NCBI GenBank assembly: GCA_963767735.1
Contig: CAVYES010000005.1
Span: 512,001-576,000, forward strand
DNA: 64,000 nucleotides
Origin: Candidatus Bathyarchaeota archaeon
GTDB lineage: Archaea > Thermoproteota > Bathyarchaeia > Bathyarchaeales > Bathycorpusculaceae
Direction: 5' to 3'
Shown here piece after piece: positions 11,407 through 23,057 of this stretch (positions are counted from its first letter, which is position 1; every line of letters begins with the position of its first letter). The notes under the pieces were generated by a model. It was not told the DNA's origin and ran no database searches. It was given only the letters and a program-made list of their open reading frames with translations. The position numbers and the translations under genes were made by a program.

Positions 11407-11604
11407 TTAGACGACTCTGACTCTTTGGAGAGTCTTTCGCATCCAAGTGTAATGTCTCATGGTTGTAGTTTCGCCGTATCCGCATGCTGCGCAACGTTTA
11501 TGTCGTACGTGGTATGCGCGTCTTCCGCAGCGCCTGCATTTTATGTGAACGGTTTTGCCTTGGCGCTTGCCCATTGATGGTGTGCCTTTTCCCACGGCGG
11601 TCAC
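11407..11604 (-). CDS. rpl37e: 50S ribosomal protein L37e
   Basis: GKGTPSMGKR..HIKCRRCGRRAYH..CAACGYG. Confidence 0.96.
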   Translation of the reverse strand: MTAVGKGTPSMGKRQGKTVHIKCRRCGRRAYHVRHKRCAACGYGETTTMRHYTWMRKTLQRVRVV

Positions 11605-11828
11605 CTAGGCGAAGGCGAAATAAGGACTACGTTGTCTCCTCGGACGATTATTAGTCCCAGTCTCTTTTGGTTTTCAATGTTTGTGGTGTCTTCTGTCTCT
11701 TCTAAAACTAGGTTTAGATGCTGGTCGAAACCCTTCAGTCTTCCTCTGAGGCTTTTTCCGCCTTTGAGTCGTACAAGTACGATTTTGCTGAGGTTCTGCT
11801 CAAGAATTTCGGTTGTCATTTCGCTCAT
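11601..11828 (-). CDS. Sm-like (LSm) RNA-binding protein
   Basis: GRLKGFDQHLNLVL...IIVRGDNV; conserved LSm-L37e pair. Confidence 0.95.
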   Translation of the reverse strand: MSEMTTEILEQNLSKIVLVRLKGGKSLRGRLKGFDQHLNLVLEETEDTTNIENQKRLGLIIVRGDNVVLISPSPR

Positions 11829-12068
11829 TTGGAATCCTCACGAATCTATATCTCTTCTATACTCGAACTCTCCACATTTAAACCTTATCTAGCATGAGCG
11901 GCGTTCTATTAGTTTGCTTAGGTTAAGTTAACTTTGAGCTTGAACGCGGTTGTCGAACTTTATTGATTTAAAGGTGCGTCTAACGGGTTGCTTAAAGATC
12001 AAGTGCATTGGTGATTGCGCTTTTTATCAGGTATTTTTTTCCGATCCTAAGTACGTTTAGCGAACTTC

Positions 12069-12310
12069 TATAAAGCTTGCTTTGGGTTGTTTTTTTGGTT
12101 TAGGGTTTGAATTGTTTGCAGGTTGCGTACACAGAAGGACACAGAAGGATAAGGAAGGGCAAGCGAGGCAAAAAAAGTATTTCATGCAGAACTGTTGCGT
12201 CGCCACTGATCTGGTTGTTTTGGGCTGCTTTTTTGATTCAGGACTTGGATTGTTTGCAGGTTGAGTTAATAAAAGTCGGTAAAAGTCGAATAAAGTTGAT
12301 AAAGGAGTCG
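12069..12310 (-). repeat. Two tandem array-plus-core elements (copies B and C)
   Basis: Minus-strand cores at 12125-12069 and 12263-12207; 10-mer arrays at 12126-12170 (acagaaggac-type) and 12264-12310 (aaaagtcggt-type). Confidence 0.8.
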
Positions 12311-12447
12311 GAGGAAGGCGCTTGAGATGAGTACGGGTGAGCGCCTGGATAAAACCGTTTAACCGGCTCCACAAAAAGCAGGGGTATAATGCACAATGTA
12401 GCGCAAAGTTAAATTTAGGTCTGCAGTGACTATGAGCGAGACTCCCT

Positions 12448-12951
12448 ATGCCCTCAAAGCAGCGAAGATACGCCTTAAAAACAAAGGATGCAAAACAAGT
12501 TTTAACTGAAGCCCAAGCAAAACTCAAACTTGACCTTGACGCGCTATTCGGCTCCAAAGCCGTCGTTGAAGTTGTTGAATCCGACGTAGGCGAAGTTTAC
12601 CTCATCGGCGAAAAACCGCTGCTCTTCAAAGCCCAAGACAAGGTCCTGCCGACCCTCCACTTCACCGAGTTCACCGCGAAGGCTCCGAAAATCGTGGTTG
12701 ACATGGGCGCCGTCCCATACGTCTGCAAGGGCGCAACCGTGATGGCTCCAGGCATCGTACGCATCGAAGGAGAATTCGGCAAAGGCGACCTCGTTCTCGT
12801 GGTGGACGTGAAGTTTGGCAAAGCCCTGGCGCTGGGCGAAAGCCTCATGGACGCGGAAACTGGCCGAACGATAAAGAAAGGACCCGTAGTTAAAACGCTG
12901 CATTACGTCAGCGACAAAATCTGGGACTACACCAAAACAATAACTGAATAA
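12448..12951 (+). CDS. PUA-domain RNA-binding protein (DUF1947/MCT-1-like)
   Basis: VVDMGAVPYVCKGATVMAPGI...HYVSDKIW. Confidence 0.9.
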   Translation: MPSKQRRYALKTKDAKQVLTEAQAKLKLDLDALFGSKAVVEVVESDVGEVYLIGEKPLLFKAQDKVLPTLHFTEFTAKAPKIVVDMGAVPYVCKGATVMAPGIVRIEGEFGKGDLVLVVDVKFGKALALGESLMDAETGRTIKKGPVVKTLHYVSDKIWDYTKTITE

Positions 12952-13027
12952 CCGTTAACTCTCTTTTTGTAGGAAGTTTTAAGATCGTAGTACATTAATT
13001 TTATAGTAAGGCAATATTACTATTACC

Positions 13028-13248
13028 ATGCAAACTGTTAAAGTTACTAGAAAAGGCCAAACCACTATTCCCGCCAAAATCAGGAAAAGCCTTGGAATAA
13101 AAGAAGGCGATACTTTAGAAGTCGAAAAAATGGACGAAATGGTTACTTTCAAAAGAGTGCCAAAATAGAAACCTCGCTGGAATTTTCCTGGAGATCAGAA
13201 ATCGCTGAGTTGAAGAAACAATTAGATAAATTACGCGAGGAATACTAA
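13028..13248 (+). pseudogene. AbrB/MazE-type antitoxin, frameshifted
   Basis: MQTVKVTRKGQTTIPAKIRKSLGIKEGD; stop at 13166-13168; C-terminus (LDKLREEY) in another frame. Confidence 0.75.
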
Positions 13249-13249
13249 T

Positions 13250-13513
13250 CTTTGAGGGAAGTGCTAAGACACACGCTTTTTTTTGGAGCACCTTTATTCG
13301 CAAGACCCAAAAATGCGTCAGAAAACCATCCAAAAAATGAATGAGTTAAAGCAAGTCGCCAATGGGATTATCCCAACTATAGTCCTCCTCGAAACAGTTC
13401 AATTTGTTTGCTCAAAAAGGGGTAAAGAAAGCGCAGAAATGACATATCGCTCAATCAATGCTAGCGGGTTAAAAATAGAGGGTTTGAATTCTTTAATCGC
13501 TAAGGAATCTTAA
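13250..13513 (+). pseudogene. Truncated PIN/VapC toxin
   Basis: Broken DTRFF start, IPTIVLLE PIN motif; stops before the C-terminal catalytic Asp residues. Confidence 0.7.
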
Positions 13514-13705
13514 GACCCGTTCCTAAATGAACATTCGTTAGAATTGCTAAAAACACGTAGCCTAGTGGATTTTATTTTTGGCAAAATAAGAAGAAAGATT
13601 AACCCTTGGCTATGATTGCTAATGTTTATTGGGCTTTGACGTACCTTTGTGGGTTCGTATGTTCTCCTTGCTCCTCCAGTTAAGCACTCTTCATGCTTTT
13701 TACTT

Positions 13706-15201
<1,496 letters not shown>

Positions 15202-15275
15202 TATGCACTCCAAATTGAATCTGCGGATCTTGTTGTTTTTTGTGTGGTACGTTCGTACACTTATTCGCACGATTT

Positions 15276-15330
15276 GTGCCTAACTGGATTTGGAGGGAAA
15301 AACATTCCACTCAATACGTCAAAGCCCAAT
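15276..15330 (-). other. 5' arm of the 16S processing stem (pairs with 13628-13687)
   Basis: TACGTCAAAGCCCAAT is the exact reverse complement of ATTGGGCTTTGACGTA; GTGCCTAACTGGA pairs with TCCAGTTAAGCAC. Confidence 0.85.
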
Positions 15331-15502
15331 TCAGACCTAACTGAGCAATTAGTCAGGTCCACATTCGTGTCCCCGCAATTGGAGGCCAACTCCGTCATTC
15401 CTGCAAGGCAAACGCCGTTACGGTAGGGGTTGAGCCGCCGCCATGTGAAAATTGCGGGGCTAGCAATTATAGCTGAATTCTATCAGAAGCGCATTAATCC
15501 GA

Positions 15503-15509
15503 TATAAAC
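15503..15509 (-). promoter_or_regulatory. Probable TATA box of the 16S promoter
   Basis: Minus-strand GAAATG-TTTATAT just upstream of the structured leader. Confidence 0.5.
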
Positions 15510-15811
15510 ATTTCTTAAACATTAAAATAAACATTATCCCGTGAACCGTTGACCATCATAAGCCCATTGTGTTCATGCATTTAAGTGAATTTTTGCTTAG
15601 CCGCTAAAAAATGGCTTAAAGTCTTAGGTATAAATAGGCTACCAGCCTTTACTGCCGCTGCTTTTCAAATGCGCTTCTGAGCAGTAGATAAAGCGAAAAA
15701 AACTCTTAAGACTATGTGACTGCACACAACCAACAATGAAACTTTAAATTTCGCCAAAAGATGTTGGCGTCGATATTTTTAAAATTTAAGCTTGCTTTTT
15801 TAGGAGAGCAT

Positions 15812-16063
15812 CTACTTTATGACTTTTGCTTCTGCCGTTGTGCCGCCAACCTGAGTTATCTTTATTTTCACATGCTCTCCCGGTTTTGCGTCGGCAACAT
15901 GTATGACTAAACCCTGAACTCTAGCCATGGCTTCCCCTTTTGGGTTACATTCCACAATATCTACTTCTAATTCTTCGCCCACTGCAACAGGGCACCGTTT
16001 AAAACCCTTGCCATGACCCTGCCTTCCCTCGTAACTACCACCTTGCCTTTTTGAATAACCCAA
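15812..16063 (-). CDS. Single TRAM-domain RNA-binding protein
   Basis: PVAVGEELEVDI...KGEAMARVQGLVIHV...PGEHVKIKI. Confidence 0.88.
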   Translation of the reverse strand: MGYSKRQGGSYEGRQGHGKGFKRCPVAVGEELEVDIVECNPKGEAMARVQGLVIHVADAKPGEHVKIKITQVGGTTAEAKVIK

Positions 16064-16186
16064 AATAACCTACGCTCTTTTTGCTAAAAATATCTAATAT
16101 AAACATCAAGTTTCTGATGTTTAAGCGTTTTCACCAAACATTCACTCTAACCATTGCAGCCTCAGCTTTTCCGATTTCTCAAAAAA

Positions 16187-17203
16187 TTAGATGTTGACGT
16201 GAAATGCCCAGTGCATGTACGCTTTAAAATCCCATGAAAGCGCCAAAGAAGGCTCAACATAGCAGTGAAGGCTGCATTTCCTGCAGTTTTTTATTTTTTC
16301 CCAGTCAAACTCTGTAACCGCACTTTTAATGTCAGTTTCAAAGATGGAGACGCTACTTGCATAATCATTGTGGACGTAGCAAGGCAAAACCACTTTCCCG
16401 TTCGGGTCAACGTTAACCATCGCCCACGGTTTGCATTGCCAGTTTTTTTCTTTAGCTATAATTCTAAAATACCCAATAGAATTCATAATAGGATAGCCTT
16501 TTCTTTTTAATTCAATGAGCTGTTTCGCAACCTTTTCGATTTCACCGGCTTGAGGCGCAGATGCGTTGGCATTGCAGTACTCGTGAGCTACCGACAACAC
16601 TATTTTTACACCTAAATCCTTTGCCAATTTCACAGTATCTTCCACGTCATGAACGTTATCGCCCATTATGGTCATGTTGATTGTTACAGAAACCTTCCCT
16701 TTGGATGCTGTTATGCCCTCTATCGCTCTTTTGAAACAACCGTTAACTCCTCTTATTTGGTCATGAGTTTTCTCCAAACCATCTAATGAAACAAATACAA
16801 TGCCGTTGATGTATGGTGCTATTTCATCTATCCTTGATTTGAGGAGCGTACCATTGGTGATAAGGCTTGTATGCAGAGGCAGAGAACGAGAATAAGCCAG
16901 AATTTCAGGCAAGTCTTTTCTCAAAAGCGGCTCTCCCCCTTCAAACCCAACACCGCAAACACCCGAATCGAACATTTGCTTCAGAATCTGTTTTTCCTTT
17001 TGGGTGCTTAAATTTTCGCTGGATCGTTTCCAGAAGGGGCACATTTTACATTTAAGGTTACAGTTATAAGTTAACTTATGTCCACTAAAAACTGGCGCTT
17101 TTCCTCCGAACGAGTTTAAAATTAATCCATGGTATAGTCTAAGACCTATCCTTAATGTTTCCTGATAGCTGTGTGCGCCGTTTTTCAAAAATTCAATCTC
17201 CAT
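16187..17203 (-). CDS. Radical SAM protein with SPASM/twitch-like C-terminus
   Basis: CNLKCKMC, GGEPLL, C-terminal CKPW..PC..CRKCSLHC. Confidence 0.9.
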   Translation of the reverse strand: MEIEFLKNGAHSYQETLRIGLRLYHGLILNSFGGKAPVFSGHKLTYNCNLKCKMCPFWKRSSENLSTQKEKQILKQMFDSGVCGVGFEGGEPLLRKDLPEILAYSRSLPLHTSLITNGTLLKSRIDEIAPYINGIVFVSLDGLEKTHDQIRGVNGCFKRAIEGITASKGKVSVTINMTIMGDNVHDVEDTVKLAKDLGVKIVLSVAHEYCNANASAPQAGEIEKVAKQLIELKRKGYPIMNSIGYFRIIAKEKNWQCKPWAMVNVDPNGKVVLPCYVHNDYASSVSIFETDIKSAVTEFDWEKIKNCRKCSLHCYVEPSLALSWDFKAYMHWAFHVNI

Positions 17204-17417
17204 TAAAATTTATGGTATTCGCCCGTGTGTTGCATCGGAGATTGCATTTGTAAGTCAATTTATGTCCGCAAAACAAAGGGGTCTTAACGTTAAATAAGTT
17301 TGAGACAAACCCACGATAATTTCTCATACCCAGCAAAAAATTCTCTATGTCATGGTGAATATTTTTTTCTTCCAACGAATAGTTGAGAACTCTCCCCATC
17401 CTCCAAGAAGTTTGCAC
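17193..17417 (-). pseudogene. Truncated paralogous radical SAM N-terminus
   Basis: PLFCGHKLTYKCNLRC matches PVFSGHKLTYNCNLKC of the next gene, then breaks off. Confidence 0.65.
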
Positions 17418-17491
17418 TCTGCGAATTCAAATAGATAAAAACAAGTACTTTTCTTTTTTGTTTTGGAGAAAAAGAGAATTTTGCTCTCTTA

Positions 17492-17638
17492 TTATTTTTT
17501 CTTGAGTTCTTTCTTTATTCCCTTTCCAACGTCTTCAACGGCTTTAGCGCCTTTCTTGAGGCCTTTACCGACTGCCTCTCCAGTTTTTTCAGCAGCATTC
17601 TCAACTTTTTTCTCAACCTTTTTCTTTTCGCCAGGCAT
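17492..17638 (-). CDS. 48-aa Lys/Glu-rich LEA-like micro-protein (not in ORF track)
   Basis: MPGEKKKVEKKVENAAEKTGEAVGKGLKKGAKAVEDVGKGIKKELKKK; SD GAGGTGA. Confidence 0.75.
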   Translation of the reverse strand: MPGEKKKVEKKVENAAEKTGEAVGKGLKKGAKAVEDVGKGIKKELKKK

Positions 17639-17894
17639 TCATATCACCTCTATATAGAGGTCGTTTATTGCCGAATTAAAGTTTGTGACTGTGTTGGCAC
17701 GCCGATTTTGTATATCGACCAAGGTTTTGACTGCGAAATTACATTTGCAAGGAAGAAATCGAGCTTTATGGCAAAATGCAGCTGGAAAGTCTGCGCTTAA
17801 TGCGGTTAAACTCTTTGCATCGGTTATTCGGAACTTGAGTCGGGGCAATAGTTTATAAACTAAAAAATTTTAATTATTATTTAGGTGAAGTTTT

Positions 17895-18359
17895 TTGAGT
17901 AACATAATTATTGCAAATATGACTTTGACAAGTCTGCTCGTAACCATCGTTGGCTTGATTATTCTGTGGATAATAGTCTCAATACCAGTGTGGTTAGCTG
18001 GCAAAGCAGTGACTGGCGGAAAAGCCACCTTTGGCGAAGCTATGATTGCGACGCTGGTTGGCCCAATAGTTTACGCTATCACATTGTTTATAGTGGGTTA
18101 CTTTCTCGGAGCGGTAATCGGTTCAGCGGCATACATAATCGCATTAATTTTAGCTCTTATAGCTTGGATATGGGTTTACAAAGCAAGTTTCAGAACGGGC
18201 TGGCTGGGCGGCATCGCAATAGCCATATTGGCATGGATAATCTTCATTGTAATAAGCATAATATTCGGAGCCCTCTTCGGCGTAGTAGTTCCCCACACAT
18301 TCTTCCCCAAATCTATAGAATCACAACAAATACTAAACAGACTTACATTCGAACCATAA
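17895..18359 (+). CDS. Hypothetical multi-pass membrane protein
   Basis: About 4 hydrophobic helices; SD AGGTGA. Confidence 0.75.
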   Translation: MSNIIIANMTLTSLLVTIVGLIILWIIVSIPVWLAGKAVTGGKATFGEAMIATLVGPIVYAITLFIVGYFLGAVIGSAAYIIALILALIAWIWVYKASFRTGWLGGIAIAILAWIIFIVISIIFGALFGVVVPHTFFPKSIESQQILNRLTFEP

Positions 18360-18529
18360 GGCACTAAAAGAAAAAAGACAATAATCAGATAGCGTAAGCT
18401 TTGAGTTAGAATTGAATTGTCCAGCCGTACCTTTGAACATAGCAGGCGCTCTGTTGCTGTGTGCCTACAGCCACACAAGTTAAATAGCCACTTGCAAACT
18501 TCAGTGACTTAATTGTGGAGTTGTAGATT

Positions 18530-18856
18530 TTGGACGCGTTAGGTGAAGTATTTCATTTTATTACTTCTGGAAGCATAGCCGGCTTGCCACCAATTGTCTT
18601 AATGATAATAATATTTGTCGTCGGATTGATTGTGGGTTATCTGGTCCATTTATTCCTAAAGATTGCCATTATAGCTGCAATTATCCTCTTCGTAGTTGCA
18701 TACTTCGGCTTATTCGGATTAAGCCTTAGCGCATTGAAAAATTACGCAACCCAATACGGATCAATAGTATATCAATACGGAGCACTCATTATAGGCATCC
18801 TACCACTAACCATCGGATTCATAATAGGTCTAATCATCGGCTTCGTACTTTCGTAA
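18530..18856 (+). CDS. Small membrane protein
   Basis: About 3 hydrophobic helices. Confidence 0.7.
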   Translation: MDALGEVFHFITSGSIAGLPPIVLMIIIFVVGLIVGYLVHLFLKIAIIAAIILFVVAYFGLFGLSLSALKNYATQYGSIVYQYGALIIGILPLTIGFIIGLIIGFVLS

Positions 18857-19022
18857 ACTGAACAGCCGTTGGTCTAAGATACTAATTGTGAAATCAACAC
18901 TTTTCCGTGATCGAAATAGGATTTTTTTTAAATTGAAGCATGTGATATCAAGAAATTTCGATTTGTCCTCACTTATAGGAAAAGAATTAAATTTCTTGTG
19001 TGTTAAATCAGAATAAGGTACT

Positions 19023-21041
19023 TTGATGAGAGATCTTGAAAGCCGACTAATCCACCTGCTGAGAAGCGATTCTTATCTTGCGCCGTTTTCCAGTCAGATT
19101 CTACATAGGTTGGAGCGTCTCGAAGAGACGGAGCAGCGTCTCACAGATGGGAAAATGAGCCTTGCAGACTTTGCGTCGGGTCACGAATATTTCGGTCTAC
19201 ATTTCCGACGAGGCGAATGGGTTTTCCGTGAATGGGCGCCCAATGCAACGTCGATTTACCTGATAGGAGACATGAGCGGATGGCAAGAGCAAAGAGAATT
19301 TGAGCTGGCAAAGATCAACGATTCTGGTGTCTGGGAATTTCATCTGGCCGCCGGCAAATTGTCTCATGGTGATCTTTTTCGGCTCCGTATTCATTGGGCA
19401 GGAGGCGAAGGTGATCGTATTCCAGCTTATGCCAGACGAGTTGTTCAGGACCCCAAAACTTTGATTTTCAACGCCCAAGTCTGGTCGCCTCCGGAACCGT
19501 ATTGCTGGAAAACCGATTTCAAACACCCTAAAGAGGCTCCGTTAATCTATGAAGCACACGTCGGTATGGCACAAGAAGAAGAAAAAATCGGTTCCTTCCG
19601 TGAATTTACCCAAGGCGTGCTTCCGCGAATCGTCAACGCTGGTTACAACACGTTACAGTTAATGGCTATTCAGGAACATCCTTACTATGGATCATTTGGA
19701 TATCAGGTGTCAAGCTTTTTCGCCCCTTCATCGCGGTATGGGACGCCTGAGGATTTGAAACTCCTAATTGACACGGCTCACGCCCAAGGGCTCACCGTTT
19801 TTATGGATCTGATTCATTCTCACTCCGTGTCCAACGAGGTGGAGGGATTAAGCTACTTCGACGGGACACCATTTCAGTATTTTCATGGGGGGCCACGTGG
19901 GAAGCATGCGGCATGGGATTCACGTGTTTTTGATTACGGCAAAACTGAGGTTTTGCATTTCTTGCTTTCTAATTGTCGATATTGGCTAGACGAATTCCAC
20001 TTTGACGGCTTTCGATTCGACGGCGTCACCAGCATGCTCTACCTAGACCATGGTCTCAAAAGAGAATTCACTTCTTACAACGATTACTTTGACAGCAACG
20101 TGGATGAAGATGCATTAACCTATTTGGCTCTGGCGAACCGGGTGGTTCACGCTGTTCGACGCAGCGGCGTCACCATAGCCGAAGATGTCAGCGGGATGCC
20201 TGGTTTGGCGGTTCTACAGAAAGAGGGTGGGATAGATTTCGATTATCGCTTTGCAATGGGAGTACCCGACTATTGGATTCGCCTCGTAAAAGATTTCAAA
20301 GATGAGGATTGGCCCATCGGTCATCTATGGTTTGAACTAAACAACCACAGGAAAGATGAGAAAACCATCAGTTACGTCGAATCACACGACCAGGCGTTAG
20401 TAGGAGATCAGACACTTATTTTCCGACTCATCGGCGAAGACATGTATCATCATATGCGGATCGATGATGACAACTTTAGGGTTGCCCGTGGAATGGCGTT
20501 GCACAAGATGATCCGTTTGATAACCCTTGCCACCGCAGACCGCGGATATCTAAACTTTATGGGCAACGAATTCGGTCACCCAGACTGGATAGATTTTCCA
20601 CGCGAAGGGAACAACTGGTCATTCAAATTTGCTCGCCGACAATGGCATCTAGAAGACGATGTTAACCTGAAGTATCATTTGCTAGCCCGATTCGACCGCG
20701 ACATGATATCGCTCGCTCAGAAACACCGTTTTCTCGAAGGTTCCATCCCGCAACTGCTGCATGAAGATTCCTCACAAAAAATTATCATTTTCAAAAGAGC
20801 TAATCTGGTTTTTGCCTTCAATTTTCATCCCTCTCAATCCTTTACTGATTACCGATTTGAAGCTCCACCTGGAAAATACATGATGATCCTAGACTGTGAC
20901 GCGCAAAAGTACGGCGGATATGGCAGGCTGTTGCCGCAACAGACTCACTTCACTTTGTTGGACGCTACGGAAGCAAAAAGCCGAAATATGCTCAGTCTCT
21001 ATTTGCCAGCTCGCTCCGCTTTTGTCCTATGCCCGACATAG
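19023..21041 (+). CDS. glgB: 1,4-alpha-glucan branching enzyme (GH13_8-like)
   Basis: FREWAPNA, IYEAHVG, FDGFRFDGVTSMLY, IAEDVSG, YVESHDQ, MGNEFGHP. Confidence 0.95.
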   Translation: MMRDLESRLIHLLRSDSYLAPFSSQILHRLERLEETEQRLTDGKMSLADFASGHEYFGLHFRRGEWVFREWAPNATSIYLIGDMSGWQEQREFELAKINDSGVWEFHLAAGKLSHGDLFRLRIHWAGGEGDRIPAYARRVVQDPKTLIFNAQVWSPPEPYCWKTDFKHPKEAPLIYEAHVGMAQEEEKIGSFREFTQGVLPRIVNAGYNTLQLMAIQEHPYYGSFGYQVSSFFAPSSRYGTPEDLKLLIDTAHAQGLTVFMDLIHSHSVSNEVEGLSYFDGTPFQYFHGGPRGKHAAWDSRVFDYGKTEVLHFLLSNCRYWLDEFHFDGFRFDGVTSMLYLDHGLKREFTSYNDYFDSNVDEDALTYLALANRVVHAVRRSGVTIAEDVSGMPGLAVLQKEGGIDFDYRFAMGVPDYWIRLVKDFKDEDWPIGHLWFELNNHRKDEKTISYVESHDQALVGDQTLIFRLIGEDMYHHMRIDDDNFRVARGMALHKMIRLITLATADRGYLNFMGNEFGHPDWIDFPREGNNWSFKFARRQWHLEDDVNLKYHLLARFDRDMISLAQKHRFLEGSIPQLLHEDSSQKIIIFKRANLVFAFNFHPSQSFTDYRFEAPPGKYMMILDCDAQKYGGYGRLLPQQTHFTLLDATEAKSRNMLSLYLPARSAFVLCPT

Positions 21042-21103
21042 AAGGTTAATATTAAAACTGCACATTATAGAGATGCTTTATCAGCCTATGAGTCATGGAA
21101 TGT

Positions 21104-22135
21104 CTAGCCGAAGAATGTTGCTGCTATGTCGTAGAGCTTAGAATCAACTGTTTTCAGTTTACCGATAACGTCTTTTAAGGGCACGGATACCATGGCGTTT
21201 CCTTGGATGGCAACCATCTGGCCGAATCTGCCCTCATGCACTAGGTCAATCGCAGCGATTCCAAATCGGGTGGCTAAAACCCTGTCAAACGCTGTCGGAG
21301 AACCACCGCGTTGAAGATGACCCAGAACCACCACCCTAGTTTCAATGTTTTCGCAGCTCTTCTCTACTTCCTTCCCTATGTAGAAACCCACGCCGCCAAA
21401 CCTTACATGCCCAAACTCGTCTACCCCACTACTATAAAGGATCTCTTCGCCACCTTTTGGTTTAGCGCCTTCAGCGGCAACTATTATGCTGAAGTTTCGA
21501 CCGCGTTTTTGCCTCTTTTTGATGCAATCGCAGACTTCTTCAATGTCAAAGGGCTTTTCAGGAATCAGAATGTCGTCTGCCCCTCCGGCAATCCCTGCCT
21601 CCAAGGCGATCCAACCGGTGTGTCTACCCATAACTTCAAGGATTAATACCCTGTGATGCGCTTCTGCCGTTGTATGAAGCCTATCGAGTGCTTCACAAGC
21701 AATTGCAACCGCCGTTTGAAAACCAAAGGTATAGTCCGTGCCAACAAGGTCATTGTCGATCGTTTTTGGGACTCCGACGACGGGAAGCCCCATTTCGTAT
21801 AGTTTGTAGGCTACACCAAGCGTATCTTCTCCGCCTATTGCGATAACTGCTTCAATGCCGTTCTCGGAAACGTTTTTCAGGATATATTTTGCTCCGTCTT
21901 CGCTCTTGAAAGGGTTGGTCCTCGACGTGCCTAGTATTGATCCGCCCTTGGGAAGCAGGCCTGTAATGGTATTCAGGTCTAAGGGGATGAATTCACCTTC
22001 GATTAATCCTTTCCAGCCGTCTTTAATGCCTACAGTTTCATATTCGTAGTCTTGAATTGCTTTTCTAACGATGGCTCTTAGGGCGGCGTTGATTCCAGGT
22101 GCGTCTCCCCCGCCGCTCAATATACCAACTTTCAT
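21104..22135 (-). CDS. pfkA: PfkA-family 6-phosphofructokinase, probably PPi-dependent
   Basis: GGGDAPGIN, GGEDT, PKTIDND, EVMGR and LGHLQRGG motifs. Confidence 0.92.
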   Translation of the reverse strand: MKVGILSGGGDAPGINAALRAIVRKAIQDYEYETVGIKDGWKGLIEGEFIPLDLNTITGLLPKGGSILGTSRTNPFKSEDGAKYILKNVSENGIEAVIAIGGEDTLGVAYKLYEMGLPVVGVPKTIDNDLVGTDYTFGFQTAVAIACEALDRLHTTAEAHHRVLILEVMGRHTGWIALEAGIAGGADDILIPEKPFDIEEVCDCIKKRQKRGRNFSIIVAAEGAKPKGGEEILYSSGVDEFGHVRFGGVGFYIGKEVEKSCENIETRVVVLGHLQRGGSPTAFDRVLATRFGIAAIDLVHEGRFGQMVAIQGNAMVSVPLKDVIGKLKTVDSKLYDIAATFFG

Positions 22136-22423
22136 CTTATCTTCTCCCCTTTTGTTACTATCCTTTCTGCCTATTCAACAAAATGTAGCTTGATGCTATT
22201 ATAGATAGGAGTAACTGGACATTAATTCAACCAGTTATGAGTACGAAAATTGGATTGGAATATTTTTTGGATAATAGGTTACCGTCAGACCCGTCATAGG
22301 CATCTTGTCACTACGAGTAAACATTTGACCTCAAAAAAAGACGGGGTTCGCGGAGAAATAAGCTGGAGTAGGGAGGAATCCTTTCTTTCGAGGAAGATCT
22401 ATGCATTCACAGGGTTGAAACGG

Positions 22424-22648
22424 TTATTGATAGGTTTTATGTCTGTCGCTTGTTTCTTTGCTCACTTTGGTTTTTCCTAAACCGCCGTTGTGTGCGCTCA
22501 ACACGAATTGCAGCGTATTTTCCTTGAAAAATTCTCTAAATTGATTTCCACATTTACTACACTTATACATCTTAACTCGGAATCGCCCAAAGTCCCACTC
22601 CTTTTCAGGTTCTTTCACATGGGCTGCACAATTTGGACATTTCGGCAT
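22424..22648 (-). CDS. Small zinc-ribbon protein, Cren7-like
   Basis: CPNC..PEKEW..FRVKMYKCSKCGNQFRE. Confidence 0.7.
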   Translation of the reverse strand: MPKCPNCAAHVKEPEKEWDFGRFRVKMYKCSKCGNQFREFFKENTLQFVLSAHNGGLGKTKVSKETSDRHKTYQ

Positions 22649-22710
22649 AACTTTCAACCTGCTAAGCTAAAAGACAAAATTGCTATATATACGCATTTCA
22701 AGCGATATCC

Positions 22711-22974
22711 TTAAGGCTGATTTGCGTTTCCGAAAATGGGTAATTTAACCCTGAGTGGCGAATTTAGATCATAATCCGTCTTATCCTCTGTTAGGGGCAA
22801 GTTTGAATTGTCGTCTCTGTTTTTTTCCGCGAGATTGGCGTATCCCGTTTCCGTTTCATTTAGCTTCTCGGGAACTTTCTTGTTCGCACCTGTGTATCGT
22901 CTCACTTCTTTTACGGGAGATTTTTGTGGCTTTTTTTCTTGTTCATCAGTCTTCACGCTTTCTTTTTCACTCAT
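22711..22974 (-). CDS. Hypothetical hydrophilic protein
   Basis: SD GAGGTGA; 87-aa ORF. Confidence 0.55.
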   Translation of the reverse strand: MSEKESVKTDEQEKKPQKSPVKEVRRYTGANKKVPEKLNETETGYANLAEKNRDDNSNLPLTEDKTDYDLNSPLRVKLPIFGNANQP

Positions 22975-23057
22975 GTTCTTTCACCTCGGCTTTTCGGTTT
23001 TTCTATTTTTCGAACAAAATAGTTAGTGAAGATAATGCACTTTTAGAATTGGATCCG

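Noticed and set aside
12057-12557. 166-aa minus-strand ORF as a gene
   Set aside because: Overlaps the PUA gene antisense and runs through the repeat element; no SD or recognisable domain.
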